The notes beneath the pieces are model-generated. The model was not told where the DNA came from and did no database searches. It was given only the letters and a program-made list of their open reading frames with translations. Position numbers and translations under genes: made by a program. A DNA stretch of 64,000 bases from Ascidiella aspersa (Eukaryota), in contig OZ004609.1 in NCBI GenBank assembly GCA_963924565.1, forward strand, positions 29,450,001 through 29,514,000, given 5' to 3'. Below are positions 63,948 through 64,000 of the stretch, in pieces; the first letter of the stretch is position 1; the number at the start of each line of letters is the position of its first letter.

Positions 63948-64000
63948 GCAAGCCAACACTCTGTGTCGGGCCTTTTCAGTGGCCCGCTTCAATTTTTCGT
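63948..64000 (+). ncRNA. SNORA28: Box H/ACA snoRNA, SNORA28-like copy 4 (5' hairpin only; truncated by window end)
   Basis: GCAAGCCAACACTCTGTGT CGGGCC TTTTCAGT GGCCCG CTTCAATTTTTCGT; the boxes would lie beyond 64000. Confidence 0.7.

Overview
Eukaryotic, AT-rich, gene-dense animal DNA with short spliceosomal introns and many hAT-type MITEs. The style fits an invertebrate chordate such as an ascidian, but that is inference. Protein genes reconstructed by hand from GT-AG junctions: the 3' part of CCDC102A/B (+), intronless IDUA (-), TFCP2/LSF (-), an SLC35D3-like nucleotide-sugar transporter (-), an unidentified 217-aa ORF (+), AARSD1 (-) head-to-head with PLEKHA8/FAPP2 (+), and AIMP2 (-) head-to-head with BPTF/NURF301 (+, ~40 exons, runs off the window). 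The main signal missing from the ORF track is that BPTF introns host small guide RNAs. One is a box C/D snoRNA antisense to the U6 ACAGAGA region (mgU6-47/SNORD7 type). Four are H/ACA snoRNA paralogues, one per intron, sharing a covarying 5' hairpin that targets the 18S GAAAAAAUUAGAGUGUU site (SNORA28/snR80 type); the three complete copies have mutually unalignable 3' hairpins. Also notable: a tRNA-like sequence inside a long inverted repeat, a 22-unit coding minisatellite in BPTF, and an apparent CpG-poor/CpG-rich domain mosaic. Reference sequences were compared from memory, not by database search.
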